Shown here one piece after another: positions 50,165 through 59,412 of a stretch of DNA of 64,000 nt. Made by a program: the position numbers and the translations under genes. The notes under the pieces were generated by a model. It was not told the DNA's origin. It saw only the letters and a program-made list of their open reading frames with translations, and made no database searches. The DNA is from a phage. The number at the start of each line of letters is the position of its first letter. Position 1 is the first letter of the stretch. The stretch lies in the sequence record PZ452584.1; one strand, written 5' to 3'.

Positions 50165-50911
50165 TTATCCTCGGATAAGTTTAAAAATTGAACAATTTAG
50201 CGGGTATCCTCTTTTCAGTTTAAGTTTATCAATAAAAGACAAATTTTGATACCGCTCTACACCTTGAATAATTTTATCACACATATCATATTGCATTTCT
50301 GCTTCTGACAACTTTTTCACAATTTTCCAATCCGAACCTTTAAGAAGAACGTTCAGTTTAACAACTTCAGCGCCTTCTGCTATGCGAGAACCATCAATAC
50401 GAGCTTTAAGTGCTATAATTCTTAGCTTAATGTCAGAGGTCTGTTTTGATTTAGAAAGCTGAGAAATGTGTTCAATTCGGTTTTCACGTTTTTTCTGTAT
50501 AGCTTTAATTTGATTATAAGTCTTTTTGATTTTAGCCCATTTCTTTTCATCTAAATTTAGTTTATGAACTTTTTTCGCAGATGAACGACCAATTCGCAAA
50601 GCAAATAAATCACGCTTTTCAATCAACTCTTCTAAAGTATAATCAGAACGAAATGTATTATACTTTTTCTTTACTGCAATAACATTCCCTTTAATGTATC
50701 CAACGTTATTATCAAAACGTTCTAATGATAATTTCTCTCCTTCAATACGATTATCAAAAGGTTCTCCCGAGTAAGCGCAAACTTTTTGGTCTAAAATGTT
50801 CTTAATGTAATTGAAGTCTAAGTTAAAATCTTTAGAACGTCTTTTTGCAGATGCCTGAGTGTGCTCTAAACGACGTTTAATTTTACGAATTTGATTATTA
50901 GACAGTTTCAT
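50165..50911 (-). CDS. srd: possible Srd (sigma-70-related) protein, 248 aa
   Basis: Basic 248-aa ORF between dda and modA as in T4; identity by position and size only. Confidence 0.4.
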   Translation of the reverse strand: MKLSNNQIRKIKRRLEHTQASAKRRSKDFNLDFNYIKNILDQKVCAYSGEPFDNRIEGEKLSLERFDNNVGYIKGNVIAVKKKYNTFRSDYTLEELIEKRDLFALRIGRSSAKKVHKLNLDEKKWAKIKKTYNQIKAIQKKRENRIEHISQLSKSKQTSDIKLRIIALKARIDGSRIAEGAEVVKLNVLLKGSDWKIVKKLSEAEMQYDMCDKIIQGVERYQNLSFIDKLKLKRGYPLNCSIFKLIRG

Positions 50912-50949
50912 ATTTTTCTCACATCTTACGGACGATTTAATACTTTATT

Positions 50950-50979
50950 ACTATAACATTTTTACCTTAACTTGTAAAC
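50950..50979 (-). promoter_or_regulatory. T4-type early promoter upstream of srd candidate (GTTTAC / TATAGT)
   Basis: gtaaac 50974-50979, actata 50950-50955. Confidence 0.5.
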
Positions 50980-51036
50980 AACTTTATGTAAAAATGCTTT
51001 AAAAATTTCATGGTATAATGAATCTAAGTCCTTCCA

Positions 51037-51639
51037 TTATAGATTAAATCCTTCAAAATCAAGAGTATAGATAGTGTATGTTGAATACTTTTTGTACTCA
51101 TATCTATCTGCAATTCTAAATACACTTCCAGCTGGTATCATTACTTCTTGTTCATCTGAAACTAATTCCATATTACGATAACGATGACTATCCGGAAACT
51201 TAAAGTTTGGATTGTATTCTTTACAGCGTAGAGCTTTTATAGCATACTCCTGGAAATTGAATACCATAGGAGCTTTGAATTCAAAAATAACTTGTGTGTT
51301 ATACTCTAAACCGGAAGCAAAATGTAGAGCTATATTTTTATCATATGAAGCTGATACGACTTTATCAAATGTAATAATATCAATTCCTTGATTTAACACT
51401 TGCTTAGTCTCGACTGGAACACCTCTCCAAAGAGGTTTATCGTTTGGGACCAAACGAGATTTGATTATTTCATTTAACCAAGAATGATCGTCTGGTTTAT
51501 TAGTAATACAATGAATTAAAAGTTCAATTTCAGATAAATTAAACCCTTCAGAAAGTAATTCTTCACGAATAGAAGCACGCACCGATGCATCCATTGATTT
51601 TATTTTAAAATCTTTTAGTTGTATTACTGAGTATTTCAT
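51037..51639 (-). CDS. modA: ModA ADP-ribosyltransferase
   Basis: 200-aa ORF with R-S-E type motifs (LWRGVP ... DEQEVMIPAG); same length as T4 ModA. Confidence 0.8.
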   Translation of the reverse strand: MKYSVIQLKDFKIKSMDASVRASIREELLSEGFNLSEIELLIHCITNKPDDHSWLNEIIKSRLVPNDKPLWRGVPVETKQVLNQGIDIITFDKVVSASYDKNIALHFASGLEYNTQVIFEFKAPMVFNFQEYAIKALRCKEYNPNFKFPDSHRYRNMELVSDEQEVMIPAGSVFRIADRYEYKKYSTYTIYTLDFEGFNL

Positions 51640-52259
51640 TCAACTACCTCAATATCATAAACTTTAAATGTTCCAAATGAATCGTGTAATTTTTCTTTTG
51701 AAATAGAAGTTATTCTATACTTTCCAATTGGAATCATCCATTCTTGTTCATGCACAATCATCATTAAGTTATCAGTACGCTCTGAATCTAGCCCATCAGT
51801 ATCTTCATACGTGTACTTAAACTCAGTATTAGGAGAAGAAAGTATAATATCGCTGATATGGTCAGAGTAATTAAAAGCTTTATCAGTTTTTAAACGAAGT
51901 ATTGTTTCAGTGAAATATTCAGCATAAGAAAAAGAACATGCTGTGTGCAAACTAGTAGTAAATGAATCTACCCTGTTCGTTGAAAACACTTCTCCAACTT
52001 GTAAATCTTTAATAAGTTCTTTTGTCGATTTTGATATACCACGATATAACTGATAAGGCGATTTAGTTAAATGCTTTTTAATGATTTTATTCAATTGCCG
52101 ATGAAGAGCTTCATTCTTTTTAGCTTCCATACATTGCCAAAGAATTGACTGCTCAAAGTCAGTAAATTTTTCACAGACTTTTTTATACATATCATATTGA
52201 AAATCAACGCTTTCAGCTTTTATAGATAACTGTTCAACATCTGCAGGATTAATAATCAT
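51636..52259 (-). CDS. modB: ModB ADP-ribosyltransferase
   Basis: 207-aa ORF with LYRGIS ... HEQEWMIPIG; same length as T4 ModB; 4-nt overlap with modA. Confidence 0.8.
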   Translation of the reverse strand: MIINPADVEQLSIKAESVDFQYDMYKKVCEKFTDFEQSILWQCMEAKKNEALHRQLNKIIKKHLTKSPYQLYRGISKSTKELIKDLQVGEVFSTNRVDSFTTSLHTACSFSYAEYFTETILRLKTDKAFNYSDHISDIILSSPNTEFKYTYEDTDGLDSERTDNLMMIVHEQEWMIPIGKYRITSISKEKLHDSFGTFKVYDIEVVE

Positions 52260-52285
52260 GATAGCCTCCGTATACTTCAGAAGCT

Positions 52286-52315
52286 ATCATATCATCGTTA
52301 GAAAGGAAAGTAAAC
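52286..52315 (-). promoter_or_regulatory. T4-type early promoter upstream of modB (GTTTAC / TATGAT)
   Basis: gtaaac 52310-52315, atcata 52286-52291. Confidence 0.5.
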
Positions 52316-52326
52316 AACTTTTTGAA

Positions 52327-52509
52327 TTATTTTGCCCAGGGAGCCCAGGGCGGAGGGTCAAGATGGTATGAAGCTAGTTCTTCTAGAAGAGCATCTGGGG
52401 CTTCAATTCCATAATTCTGTAATACTATACGGTATTCTTTCTTATAATCACTAGAATCATTCTGGATATTCGTAGAATGATTATCTTCTAACATCTCAAA
52501 TAAATCCAT
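52327..52509 (-). CDS. hypothetical protein (60 aa)
   Basis: Track ORF. Confidence 0.4.
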   Translation of the reverse strand: MDLFEMLEDNHSTNIQNDSSDYKKEYRIVLQNYGIEAPDALLEELASYHLDPPPWAPWAK

Positions 52510-52517
52510 ATTAATTC

Positions 52518-52988
52518 CTAGCGATAAAAACCAAAGTGACGATTAGCTTCAACAATCTTTCTTTCTTCTTCAGACATTCTCCAGCGTAGTCCAACATCAA
52601 AATGAGCCCAGACCATCCTAACAAATGCATTTATATCTTTAATATCTTCAATAATGAATGTTTTACTTTTGGAAGGCTGACTTGCCAATTTAACTTTATC
52701 GTCTTCAAACATGTCAAAAAGACCATATTCATGAGCTCTTTTATAGCCTTTAATAGTTAAAGCTTCAGAAGAAGAAAACGGTGAATCAGTATTCTGCAAA
52801 ATATCTTCAGTATGCTTTATAATTAGAATAACATTTTCTGGATATTTTCTTTCTTTTATATCTTTAATTAAAAAATCCGGATTTTCTGCTAAAGGAATAA
52901 TTAATGAGCAGTTTTTATCAAGTGTATTTACTGATTTACCTTCTTTAGACATAAATTCTATTGAATAATGTTTTGCTACTTCAATCAT
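52518..52988 (-). CDS. hypothetical protein (156 aa)
   Basis: Track ORF in modB-soc interval. Confidence 0.5.
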   Translation of the reverse strand: MIEVAKHYSIEFMSKEGKSVNTLDKNCSLIIPLAENPDFLIKDIKERKYPENVILIIKHTEDILQNTDSPFSSSEALTIKGYKRAHEYGLFDMFEDDKVKLASQPSKSKTFIIEDIKDINAFVRMVWAHFDVGLRWRMSEEERKIVEANRHFGFYR

Positions 52989-53141
52989 GGGATTTCCTTT
53001 TGCCTACTAATGGACCATCAGGAATTTTGTTTTCCTGGATATATTTCTCATTTTCTTCCATCATTTTACTACCTATTTTAAGAAGCAAATCCATTGCTTC
53101 ATTTGCTTTTGCTTTAGCCTCTTCCAATGTTATATCTTTGT

Positions 53142-53345
53142 TCATGATTTATCACCATAGATGTCTCTCATCAATTTAAGCGCTGAGCGTTCTAATTTCT
53201 TTTCTTTCTCAGCACTAATCATTGATTTCATCCATTCTTCCGATTCGTTCTGCATTTCTTTATTTGCCTGTTCAACCCAACCATCATCAATATACATTGA
53301 GTTTGGTCTACTGAACCATTCAAGAATCTTCTTGAGAGCTTTCAT
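53142..53345 (-). CDS. hypothetical protein (67 aa)
   Basis: Track ORF. Confidence 0.4.
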   Translation of the reverse strand: MKALKKILEWFSRPNSMYIDDGWVEQANKEMQNESEEWMKSMISAEKEKKLERSALKLMRDIYGDKS

Positions 53346-53817
53346 TTATTTTACCTAAAACAATAGTAGGAGCATCGTCAAATTTATGAATTTTTAGCAA
53401 ATTTGGATTTAAATTATTCCATAAAGAGGTAATAAAATATGATAGCGCACTTTCGTCTGTAATTATAAATTTATTTCCTTTATCTATTTTCCAATCATAT
53501 ATTGAATCATATGAATAGAAGGACAATGGTTTATTATTATAATACGCTTCACTAACATCAATATAGTTAGATTTAGTAAATGCTTGAATTGACATAAATG
53601 GAGAATTTTGTACAGTTTCAATAATTCCGATCTTTTTGAGTTTTATTTCAACATCTTCTGGAACTGGCATTGAAATAAAATCTTCTACTAGATACATGTT
53701 ATTGTCATATCTTTTATCAATCATTACTGCTACGGTAATTGGAACATCCTTGACAAACGCCATACTAATACTATTGATAGACATTTCAAACAAAATTGCT
53801 TCCATAATTTTCCTCAA
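53320..53817 (-). CDS. hypothetical protein (165 aa)
   Basis: Track ORF. Confidence 0.5.
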   Translation of the reverse strand: MRKIMEAILFEMSINSISMAFVKDVPITVAVMIDKRYDNNMYLVEDFISMPVPEDVEIKLKKIGIIETVQNSPFMSIQAFTKSNYIDVSEAYYNNKPLSFYSYDSIYDWKIDKGNKFIITDESALSYFITSLWNNLNPNLLKIHKFDDAPTIVLGKINESSQEDS

Positions 53818-54146
53818 TCACAAGATGTAGATGAACAACTAGAATCACAAGAACTTCCGCATGAATCACCTGCCCATATGTGAACAGGGACATTTGTATC
53901 ATATGAAGAATTAGAACTTTTAACTTCGTTAGAAGATGCAGGTACTGACCAGCGCCAAGGATTTTTATAATATTCTTGGGCTTCTTCATAAGTCATAGTG
54001 ACTGCTTCTACTGTTCCATCTCCCATATAAACATATTCAACTACAGTTAAAGGAAGGTAGTCATTTGAAATAGGAACTACACCTTCTCCAGGAGTCGTAG
54101 AGAAAAAATTCGTAAAGAAACTTTTAAACCAATTAAAGATAAACAT
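53814..54146 (-). CDS. hypothetical protein (110 aa) with C-terminal Cys/Ser-rich tail
   Basis: Track ORF; ...[18 protein letters not shown]. Confidence 0.45.
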   Translation of the reverse strand: MFIFNWFKSFFTNFFSTTPGEGVVPISNDYLPLTVVEYVYMGDGTVEAVTMTYEEAQEYYKNPWRWSVPASSNEVKSSNSSYDTNVPVHIWAGDSCGSSCDSSCSSTSCD

Positions 54147-54358
54147 TACAAAAAGCCTCTTTGAAATTCGACTCTTTGAAATCCATCCCAGTCAGTGTAT
54201 CGCATTTCAGCATTGAACTCGACTGAACCATCTGCATGCATCATGAATGAATGCGTGACGATATCACAATCCCAGCTTTTCATACCCCATTTATCAGAGA
54301 TAGCTTTATCAAGAACCTTCTGGAGGTCTTCATTTGGTTTAATCCAACGATTTAACAT
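54146..54358 (-). CDS. hypothetical protein (70 aa)
   Basis: ATG 54358 with GAGGAGAA RBS; early promoter 54386-54415. Confidence 0.5.
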   Translation of the reverse strand: MLNRWIKPNEDLQKVLDKAISDKWGMKSWDCDIVTHSFMMHADGSVEFNAEMRYTDWDGFQRVEFQRGFL

Positions 54359-54385
54359 GGTGTTCTCCTCTATAAGATATTTTTA

Positions 54386-54415
54386 TTATACCATACTCAT
54401 TTTGGAAAGTAAACC
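54386..54415 (-). promoter_or_regulatory. T4-type early promoter (GTTTAC / TATAAT)
   Basis: gtaaac 54410-54415, attata 54386-54391. Confidence 0.55.
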
Positions 54416-54423
54416 ATAAAATG

Positions 54424-54447
54424 AAAAAGGACTCCCGAAGGAGTCCT
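54424..54447 (-). terminator. intrinsic terminator downstream of soc
   Basis: ggactcc cgaa ggagtcc at 54430-54447 (same hairpin as 1890-1907) preceded by A-run. Confidence 0.65.
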
Positions 54448-54454
54448 TGAATTA

Positions 54455-54700
54455 TTAACCACCAGTTACTTTCCACAAATCTTCGTTTGCAGCAATCCAT
54501 TCAGTACGCTGATTTTCTTCATATACAGTAGTATATGCTGCTTTTTCTGAAGGGAACGTCTGGTAATGAGCACCAGAAATTTTGTGAACGTCAGAATAAA
54601 GAGGGAAAGCTACTGAAATTTCCTTTCCTTCAATTTTCTTATTTCCATCTAATTTCTGCTCAAATGTTTTGATATTAACATAACCGCGAGTACTAGCCAT
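54455..54700 (-). CDS. soc: Soc small outer capsid protein
   Basis: 81-aa ORF MASTRGYVNIKTFEQKLDGNKKIEGKEISVAFPLYSDVHKISGAHYQTF...; late promoter upstream, terminator downstream. Confidence 0.9.
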   Translation of the reverse strand: MASTRGYVNIKTFEQKLDGNKKIEGKEISVAFPLYSDVHKISGAHYQTFPSEKAAYTTVYEENQRTEWIAANEDLWKVTGG

Positions 54701-54730
54701 GTAATTCTCCTTTTATTTAAATTACATGAT

Positions 54731-54738
54731 TATTTATA
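54731..54738 (-). promoter_or_regulatory. late promoter TATAAATA for soc
   Basis: tatttata on plus strand about 30 nt upstream of soc start. Confidence 0.65.
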
Positions 54739-54768
54739 ATAAATTCTCGCGGCTTTTAAGACGAGCTG

Positions 54769-55287
54769 TTAATAACCTCGGTCTTGACGAGCGAAATTTT
54801 CAGCATTTTTCAGATAATAAAGTTTAAAGATTTCTTCAGCTGTAAGACCAAGACCCTGGAACATATTCAGAACGAAATGAAGAATATCAATCATTTCAAA
54901 TTTAATTTCTAACTGGTCTTGCGGAGACAAATCAGTAATCAGAGTTTCACGACGTTCACCATGCTGCGACTTCCAAGGTTTCCATACAGCAGATGCATCT
55001 TTTTCGCCATTGCTCATACCACCAAGAGAAGTCAGAAGTTCGCGGAATTCATCATCAATATAATCTTTCTGATTACGCAGCCAATCAACAACTTCACCTG
55101 CAGTAGCCAAATCATCAGGATGACGGTTATATTCAGGTTTATCTTTAGCTAAACGAATCTGTAGAGATTTCTGCATATCAAGCATTACCTGCAGCGGGTC
55201 TTTTTCATCACCGAGAATATCCCAATATTCATTTTGAGCTTTATCAGCGCCTTCAATCAGTTGTGAACATTCATTAAAGTATGCCAT
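54769..55287 (-). CDS. 56: gp56 dCTPase/dUTPase (MazG-like)
   Basis: 172 aa from ATG 55287 (MAYFNECSQLIEGADKAQNEYWDILGDE...); AAGGA RBS; MotA-type promoter upstream. Confidence 0.85.
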   Translation of the reverse strand: MAYFNECSQLIEGADKAQNEYWDILGDEKDPLQVMLDMQKSLQIRLAKDKPEYNRHPDDLATAGEVVDWLRNQKDYIDDEFRELLTSLGGMSNGEKDASAVWKPWKSQHGERRETLITDLSPQDQLEIKFEMIDILHFVLNMFQGLGLTAEEIFKLYYLKNAENFARQDRGY

Positions 55288-55321
55288 TATTTTTCCTTTC
55301 AATTCATGGGTTAGTAGATTA

Positions 55322-55347
55322 ATTATACAATAAATATATAAAGCAAT
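55322..55347 (-). promoter_or_regulatory. MotA-dependent middle promoter candidate for gene 56
   Basis: ATTGCTTTA box (55339-55347) 11 bp upstream of TATAAT (55322-55327). Confidence 0.45.
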
Positions 55348-55358
55348 AAGGAGGACAT

Positions 55359-55559
55359 ATGGTACAAAAATTAATGGCACTTGTTAATGCCATAAAAGGT
55401 AATAAAAAACGTATAGCTTTTACTATTTCTGCTATGATAGGAATTTTACTCTGGAATTTTGTTTTATCACCAATTGCTATTGCTCATGGTGTTAATATTC
55501 CAGTAATTACTCTTGATACATTCGTAGATTTAGCATTTGCTTTGGTTGGGTTAATTTAA
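55359..55559 (+). CDS. small hydrophobic ORF (66 aa) convergent with gene 61
   Basis: ATG with AAGGAGG 4 nt upstream; two hydrophobic segments; lies in the 56-61 intergenic region opposite to all neighbours. Confidence 0.3.
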   Translation: MVQKLMALVNAIKGNKKRIAFTISAMIGILLWNFVLSPIAIAHGVNIPVITLDTFVDLAFALVGLI

Positions 55560-56584
55560 ATCTTAGCATATTTAGATAGCCGCATTTTAGCCATCAACCC
55601 TTGGGCAATATTATTTTTCATATATTCCATAATTTGTTTAGGGGTTGCACCTTCCTTTCTAATCATATCATTAACATCTTTTGATTTCCAGGGAGATTTA
55701 TCCCAAAACATAACCCTTTCTCCTGCATCAACTAATTTAGTCATTCGCTTAATAGTGTCAGGGTGACGAGGTTCATTATCTAAAACCCACACTCGTCTAT
55801 CTTTAAATGGAACAACTTCTAGGTCTAATTGACCACCCGTAATAGCTATACCATTTTCAATAAAAAGTGAATCTATAGGTCCTTCTAGAACATATACATC
55901 GCCATCTTTAACTCGTTCGACTCCATATATTTTTGTTGCCTCAGGATAAGCTTTAATGGTGATATATTTTTGAGGAGCATCTTTCTTTAATGCGCGTCCT
56001 TGAAAAGACTCAGCCTTTCCGTCAGCATTATAAATTGGAATAACAAGACGAGGCTCAGAAATTTCCTTTTTATATGTTCCCGGTACTATGCTATTAACTA
56101 ATTTAGGCCATTCGGTTGTAAACCAAAGATATTTCCATTTATCCTTTGGAATACAACGAGCTTTTACATATTTTATAATTGGATGGTCTTCCGCCAGTTT
56201 ATCTAATCTAACACATGACGGAAGAGATTTAATTATTTTCTTCTCAGGTTGTTTAGGAAGTTCTTTAGGTTTTTCTACTGGACGACTTTTACCTTTTTCT
56301 TTTCTTATTTCAAAGATATACTCACGATATAAATCAGGTTCAAACTCCTTTAAATATATTCCGATTGGTGCATGATAGTTACAGTTATAACAATGAATAT
56401 TTCCTTCATTATTATCACCATAATACCATCCACGCGCTTTATTTTGGTCGGTTTTTGAATCTCCACATACTGGACATCTAAACCGCAATTTAAAAGTTGA
56501 ACTATTATTTACTTGTGTGAATTTAGGTAAATGAGCTAATGCACGATACGCAAACTCATTATCAATCCAAGGTATTGATGACAT
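55556..56584 (-). CDS. 61: gp61 DNA primase
   Basis: 342-aa ORF with zinc ribbon CPVCGDSKTD...CYNCNYH; same length as T4 gp61. Confidence 0.92.
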   Translation of the reverse strand: MSSIPWIDNEFAYRALAHLPKFTQVNNSSTFKLRFRCPVCGDSKTDQNKARGWYYGDNNEGNIHCYNCNYHAPIGIYLKEFEPDLYREYIFEIRKEKGKSRPVEKPKELPKQPEKKIIKSLPSCVRLDKLAEDHPIIKYVKARCIPKDKWKYLWFTTEWPKLVNSIVPGTYKKEISEPRLVIPIYNADGKAESFQGRALKKDAPQKYITIKAYPEATKIYGVERVKDGDVYVLEGPIDSLFIENGIAITGGQLDLEVVPFKDRRVWVLDNEPRHPDTIKRMTKLVDAGERVMFWDKSPWKSKDVNDMIRKEGATPKQIMEYMKNNIAQGLMAKMRLSKYAKI

Positions 56585-56586
56585 TT

Positions 56587-56751
56587 TTACTCTTCTTTTT
56601 CTTTAGATTCCTCTTTTTTCTTTTTAGGAATCTGTTCAGGACCTTTATTTACTACAGCACCTGATGTTGTTCCAGTAGAGATATTTTCAGGATTACCACC
56701 TGAATCTCCAGCAACCATATCTTCTTTGATAAATTCTTTATATGTTTTCAT
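56587..56751 (-). CDS. hypothetical protein (54 aa), unlisted in track
   Basis: MKTYKEFIKEDMVAGDSGGNPENISTGTTSGAVVNKGPEQIPKKKKEESKEKEE; fills gap between 61.x ORF and gene 61. Confidence 0.4.
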   Translation of the reverse strand: MKTYKEFIKEDMVAGDSGGNPENISTGTTSGAVVNKGPEQIPKKKKEESKEKEE

Positions 56752-56752
56752 A

Positions 56753-57109
56753 TTAACCTCTATTCATAAAAGCATTAAAAATTTGGTCATCAATAGATGG
56801 AATAACAACCTTTTCGGCATCATTTAGCAAATCATTAATTTCATCAGATAGCATAACACATGTACCTTTATTTCCTGTAATTGTTACTGCGCAATTACGA
56901 ACGTTTTCTTTATTAAATTTTAGGTTAATATTTTCGTAATGAAAATCCTTTAATGCTGAATATATTTTTAAAATGAAATTGTCTTTTACTACAATAAACC
57001 CAACCTCACTATTAAAACGCGGTTCATGGAAACTGTAATAAACCTTTTCATCTATAAAATCGTATGAAATTTTTTCCATTTTTAAATATGAAAATTCAGA
57101 ACTATACAT
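56753..57109 (-). CDS. hypothetical protein (118 aa; 61.1-like position)
   Basis: Track ORF. Confidence 0.5.
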   Translation of the reverse strand: MYSSEFSYLKMEKISYDFIDEKVYYSFHEPRFNSEVGFIVVKDNFILKIYSALKDFHYENINLKFNKENVRNCAVTITGNKGTCVMLSDEINDLLNDAEKVVIPSIDDQIFNAFMNRG

Positions 57110-57121
57110 ATTAACCTCTAA

Positions 57122-57415
57122 TTATTCACCTACCACTTCAGTGATGATATTTTTATTATTAAAGTTTTTATCGCAATACAAAACATAATTATACTGCATT
57201 ACACCACCAGACTTAAGCTGTTTTTGTACTTCAGCTTTCATTTCAGGGCGATCACGCTCAACGATATTCATAATATCTGCTTCAATCTGAGTTTCAACTT
57301 CAGTCTGATCCGCAGTCATAGACCATTCACACAAATCTTTATCATAACCTGCCATAGCAGGCTGAGCAGCACAAGAAGCTAAAGCAAAAATTGCAGCAAA
57401 AACAAATTTTTTCAT
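57122..57415 (-). CDS. sp: Spackle periplasmic protein (superinfection exclusion)
   Basis: 97-aa ORF MKKFVFAAIFALASCAAQPAMAGYDKDLCEW... with signal peptide; same length as T4 Sp. Confidence 0.8.
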   Translation of the reverse strand: MKKFVFAAIFALASCAAQPAMAGYDKDLCEWSMTADQTEVETQIEADIMNIVERDRPEMKAEVQKQLKSGGVMQYNYVLYCDKNFNNKNIITEVVGE

Positions 57416-57475
57416 GATAATCTCCTCAGTAGTTTATGTTTATATAGTATCTCAATTTCCAACAAAAGTAAACAG

Positions 57476-57733
57476 TTATTTTAAAACTTCTGCATAATCA
57501 CATGTTACAAACTGTTTCTCTAACTTGACGATTTTACGAAAGTATCTTTTGCATTGACGAATCTGTCGCTTCGTAGGGCGCACAGCAAACTTAATAAATT
57601 CCACTCGACCAAATGGAGGACTTTCTTCTGGTGGAATATCTAACACCAATTCCCACGTATCTGCAATAAGTGCTTTGAATTGCGTATTTTTCCTGACGTT
57701 ATACGGAGTAGGTTTAAATAAAACAATATGCAT
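57476..57733 (-). CDS. hypothetical protein (85 aa; 61.4-like position)
   Basis: Track ORF. Confidence 0.5.
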   Translation of the reverse strand: MHIVLFKPTPYNVRKNTQFKALIADTWELVLDIPPEESPPFGRVEFIKFAVRPTKRQIRQCKRYFRKIVKLEKQFVTCDYAEVLK

Positions 57734-57734
57734 A

Positions 57735-57917
57735 TTATCCTCGGCAATCTACTTCACATACTTGCTTGTCATCAACGAAAGCTTTAACTAATGCTTTATT
57801 AACTTCAGCATATTGAGTAGTAGCCCATTGAACGTCATCTTTCATCATTGTGATTTCTTTAGTAAACATGCTTTCATTCTTAAACCACCCCATAAAAACT
57901 ACCTTTACCAATTCCAT
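57735..57917 (-). CDS. dmd: Dmd (antitoxin against host RnlA/LsoA RNases)
   Basis: 60-aa ORF MELVKVVFMGWFKNESMFTKEITMMKDDVQW...; matches T4 Dmd; AAGGAG RBS. Confidence 0.8.
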   Translation of the reverse strand: MELVKVVFMGWFKNESMFTKEITMMKDDVQWATTQYAEVNKALVKAFVDDKQVCEVDCRG

Positions 57918-57946
57918 AACAATCTCCTTATTTAACCAACAAGACT

Positions 57947-57976
57947 ACTATACCATAGTCTTGTCAGCTTGTAAAC
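57947..57976 (-). promoter_or_regulatory. T4-type early promoter upstream of dmd (GTTTAC / TATAGT)
   Basis: gtaaac 57971-57976, actata 57947-57952; CAAGACTA/TAGTCTTG inverted repeat around -10. Confidence 0.55.
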
Positions 57977-59403
57977 TAAAATTTTAATTCATTTGCCAAA
58001 GCATCTAACTGAGCTCGAGTGGATTCATTTCTTTGATAGCGATTCTGTTCAGCTTGAATCTGTTGTGAACCTGCTACTTCACTCACTTCAGTTGGAGTAG
58101 AATCTTGTTCAATTTCTACCCATTTCTGATTTCCTTTTTGAACACCCATCAAAAACTTATTCCACTTATTCTTATCACCATATCGTGATTTGATTTGCTT
58201 AATGAGTTGTTGTTCAGCAGCTGCTAGCTCCTCGGTTTCAATGACCGCAAGCATAAAATCAGCTGTTGCTGGAAGACCAGCAGATTCTGCGATATCACTC
58301 ATGTTAACATCAGAAGAGTCCCAAGCTTGTTTACCGACCTGTGCCGCAGTCCAAAGAACAGTTTCTGTTTCAACAGCCAAAGCACGCAATTCCTCTGCAA
58401 TAGCTTTAACAGTTGTATAACTATTTTCTGAATAAACTCTAATGCGGCAAGATTTACAAATACCTAGATAGTCGACAATAATGATTGTTGGAACAAAATT
58501 CTTTTTGAGCTTCAATTCATTCAAGAGAGACCTGAATGTATTAGCGTCTGCTCCACCAGTAGGATACTGTTTAACGATTAAACGACCGAGAGTAGATTTC
58601 TCACGCCATTTTTCCATTTTTCCTTTATACTCAGCGTAAGAAATATGCCCATCATCAATGTCATCAAGAGAAACATCGAGCATATTAGCGTCAATACGTT
58701 TAGCACAGACTTCTTCTGCCATTTCCATGGAGATATAAAGAACGTTATGTCCGAGCTGTAAATAATCTGCTGCTAATGAACAAAGTCCTAATGATTTACC
58801 AACGTTAACGCCAGCCATTAAAACGTTCAGTGTTCCAGTCTCAGCTCCGCCTTTAGTAATTTTGTTTAGAATTCTGAGTTTAAATGGAACCTTACGAGCT
58901 TTATTCATATAAGATAGCCAACGTGCTTCATAGTCATCCATCCAATCATGGCCAACGTAGCTATCAAATGAAATTGATAATGCTTGGCGCATGATGTCAG
59001 GAATAGCACCTACATCTGGCATTTTCTTATTTCGTTTTTCCGGAGGAAGCTCAGCATTAGTTTGAATTTCGATTATTTTAGAAGTAGCATTAAACATCGC
59101 CCTTTGCTGAACATATTTTTCTGTTTCTTTTACTAACCAACTGTGGTCTTCTGGAGAATCGGCTAGTTTTGAAATAAGTGTTTTTACACCAGAATATTCC
59201 GTTTCAGTAAATGAACTATTTTCTAATGCAACATTTAACGCATTAATAGATGGAACGCTATGATACTCATTAACATGAGATTTAATTAATTTGAACGTAT
59301 TTTTAGCTGGACCACTTTCAAAATATTCTGAATCCATATATGGCCAAACTTTTGAAAAATAAGCTTGATCAAATATGAGATGAGAAAGAATAATTTCTAC
59401 CAC
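57976..59403 (-). CDS. 41: gp41 replicative DNA helicase (DnaB-like)
   Basis: 475-aa ORF MVEIILSHLIFDQAYFSKVWPYMDSEYF...; apparent GTG start with AAGGAG RBS; same length as T4 gp41. Confidence 0.93.
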   Translation of the reverse strand: MVEIILSHLIFDQAYFSKVWPYMDSEYFESGPAKNTFKLIKSHVNEYHSVPSINALNVALENSSFTETEYSGVKTLISKLADSPEDHSWLVKETEKYVQQRAMFNATSKIIEIQTNAELPPEKRNKKMPDVGAIPDIMRQALSISFDSYVGHDWMDDYEARWLSYMNKARKVPFKLRILNKITKGGAETGTLNVLMAGVNVGKSLGLCSLAADYLQLGHNVLYISMEMAEEVCAKRIDANMLDVSLDDIDDGHISYAEYKGKMEKWREKSTLGRLIVKQYPTGGADANTFRSLLNELKLKKNFVPTIIIVDYLGICKSCRIRVYSENSYTTVKAIAEELRALAVETETVLWTAAQVGKQAWDSSDVNMSDIAESAGLPATADFMLAVIETEELAAAEQQLIKQIKSRYGDKNKWNKFLMGVQKGNQKWVEIEQDSTPTEVSEVAGSQQIQAEQNRYQRNESTRAQLDALANELKF

Positions 59404-59412
59404 ACTTACTCC

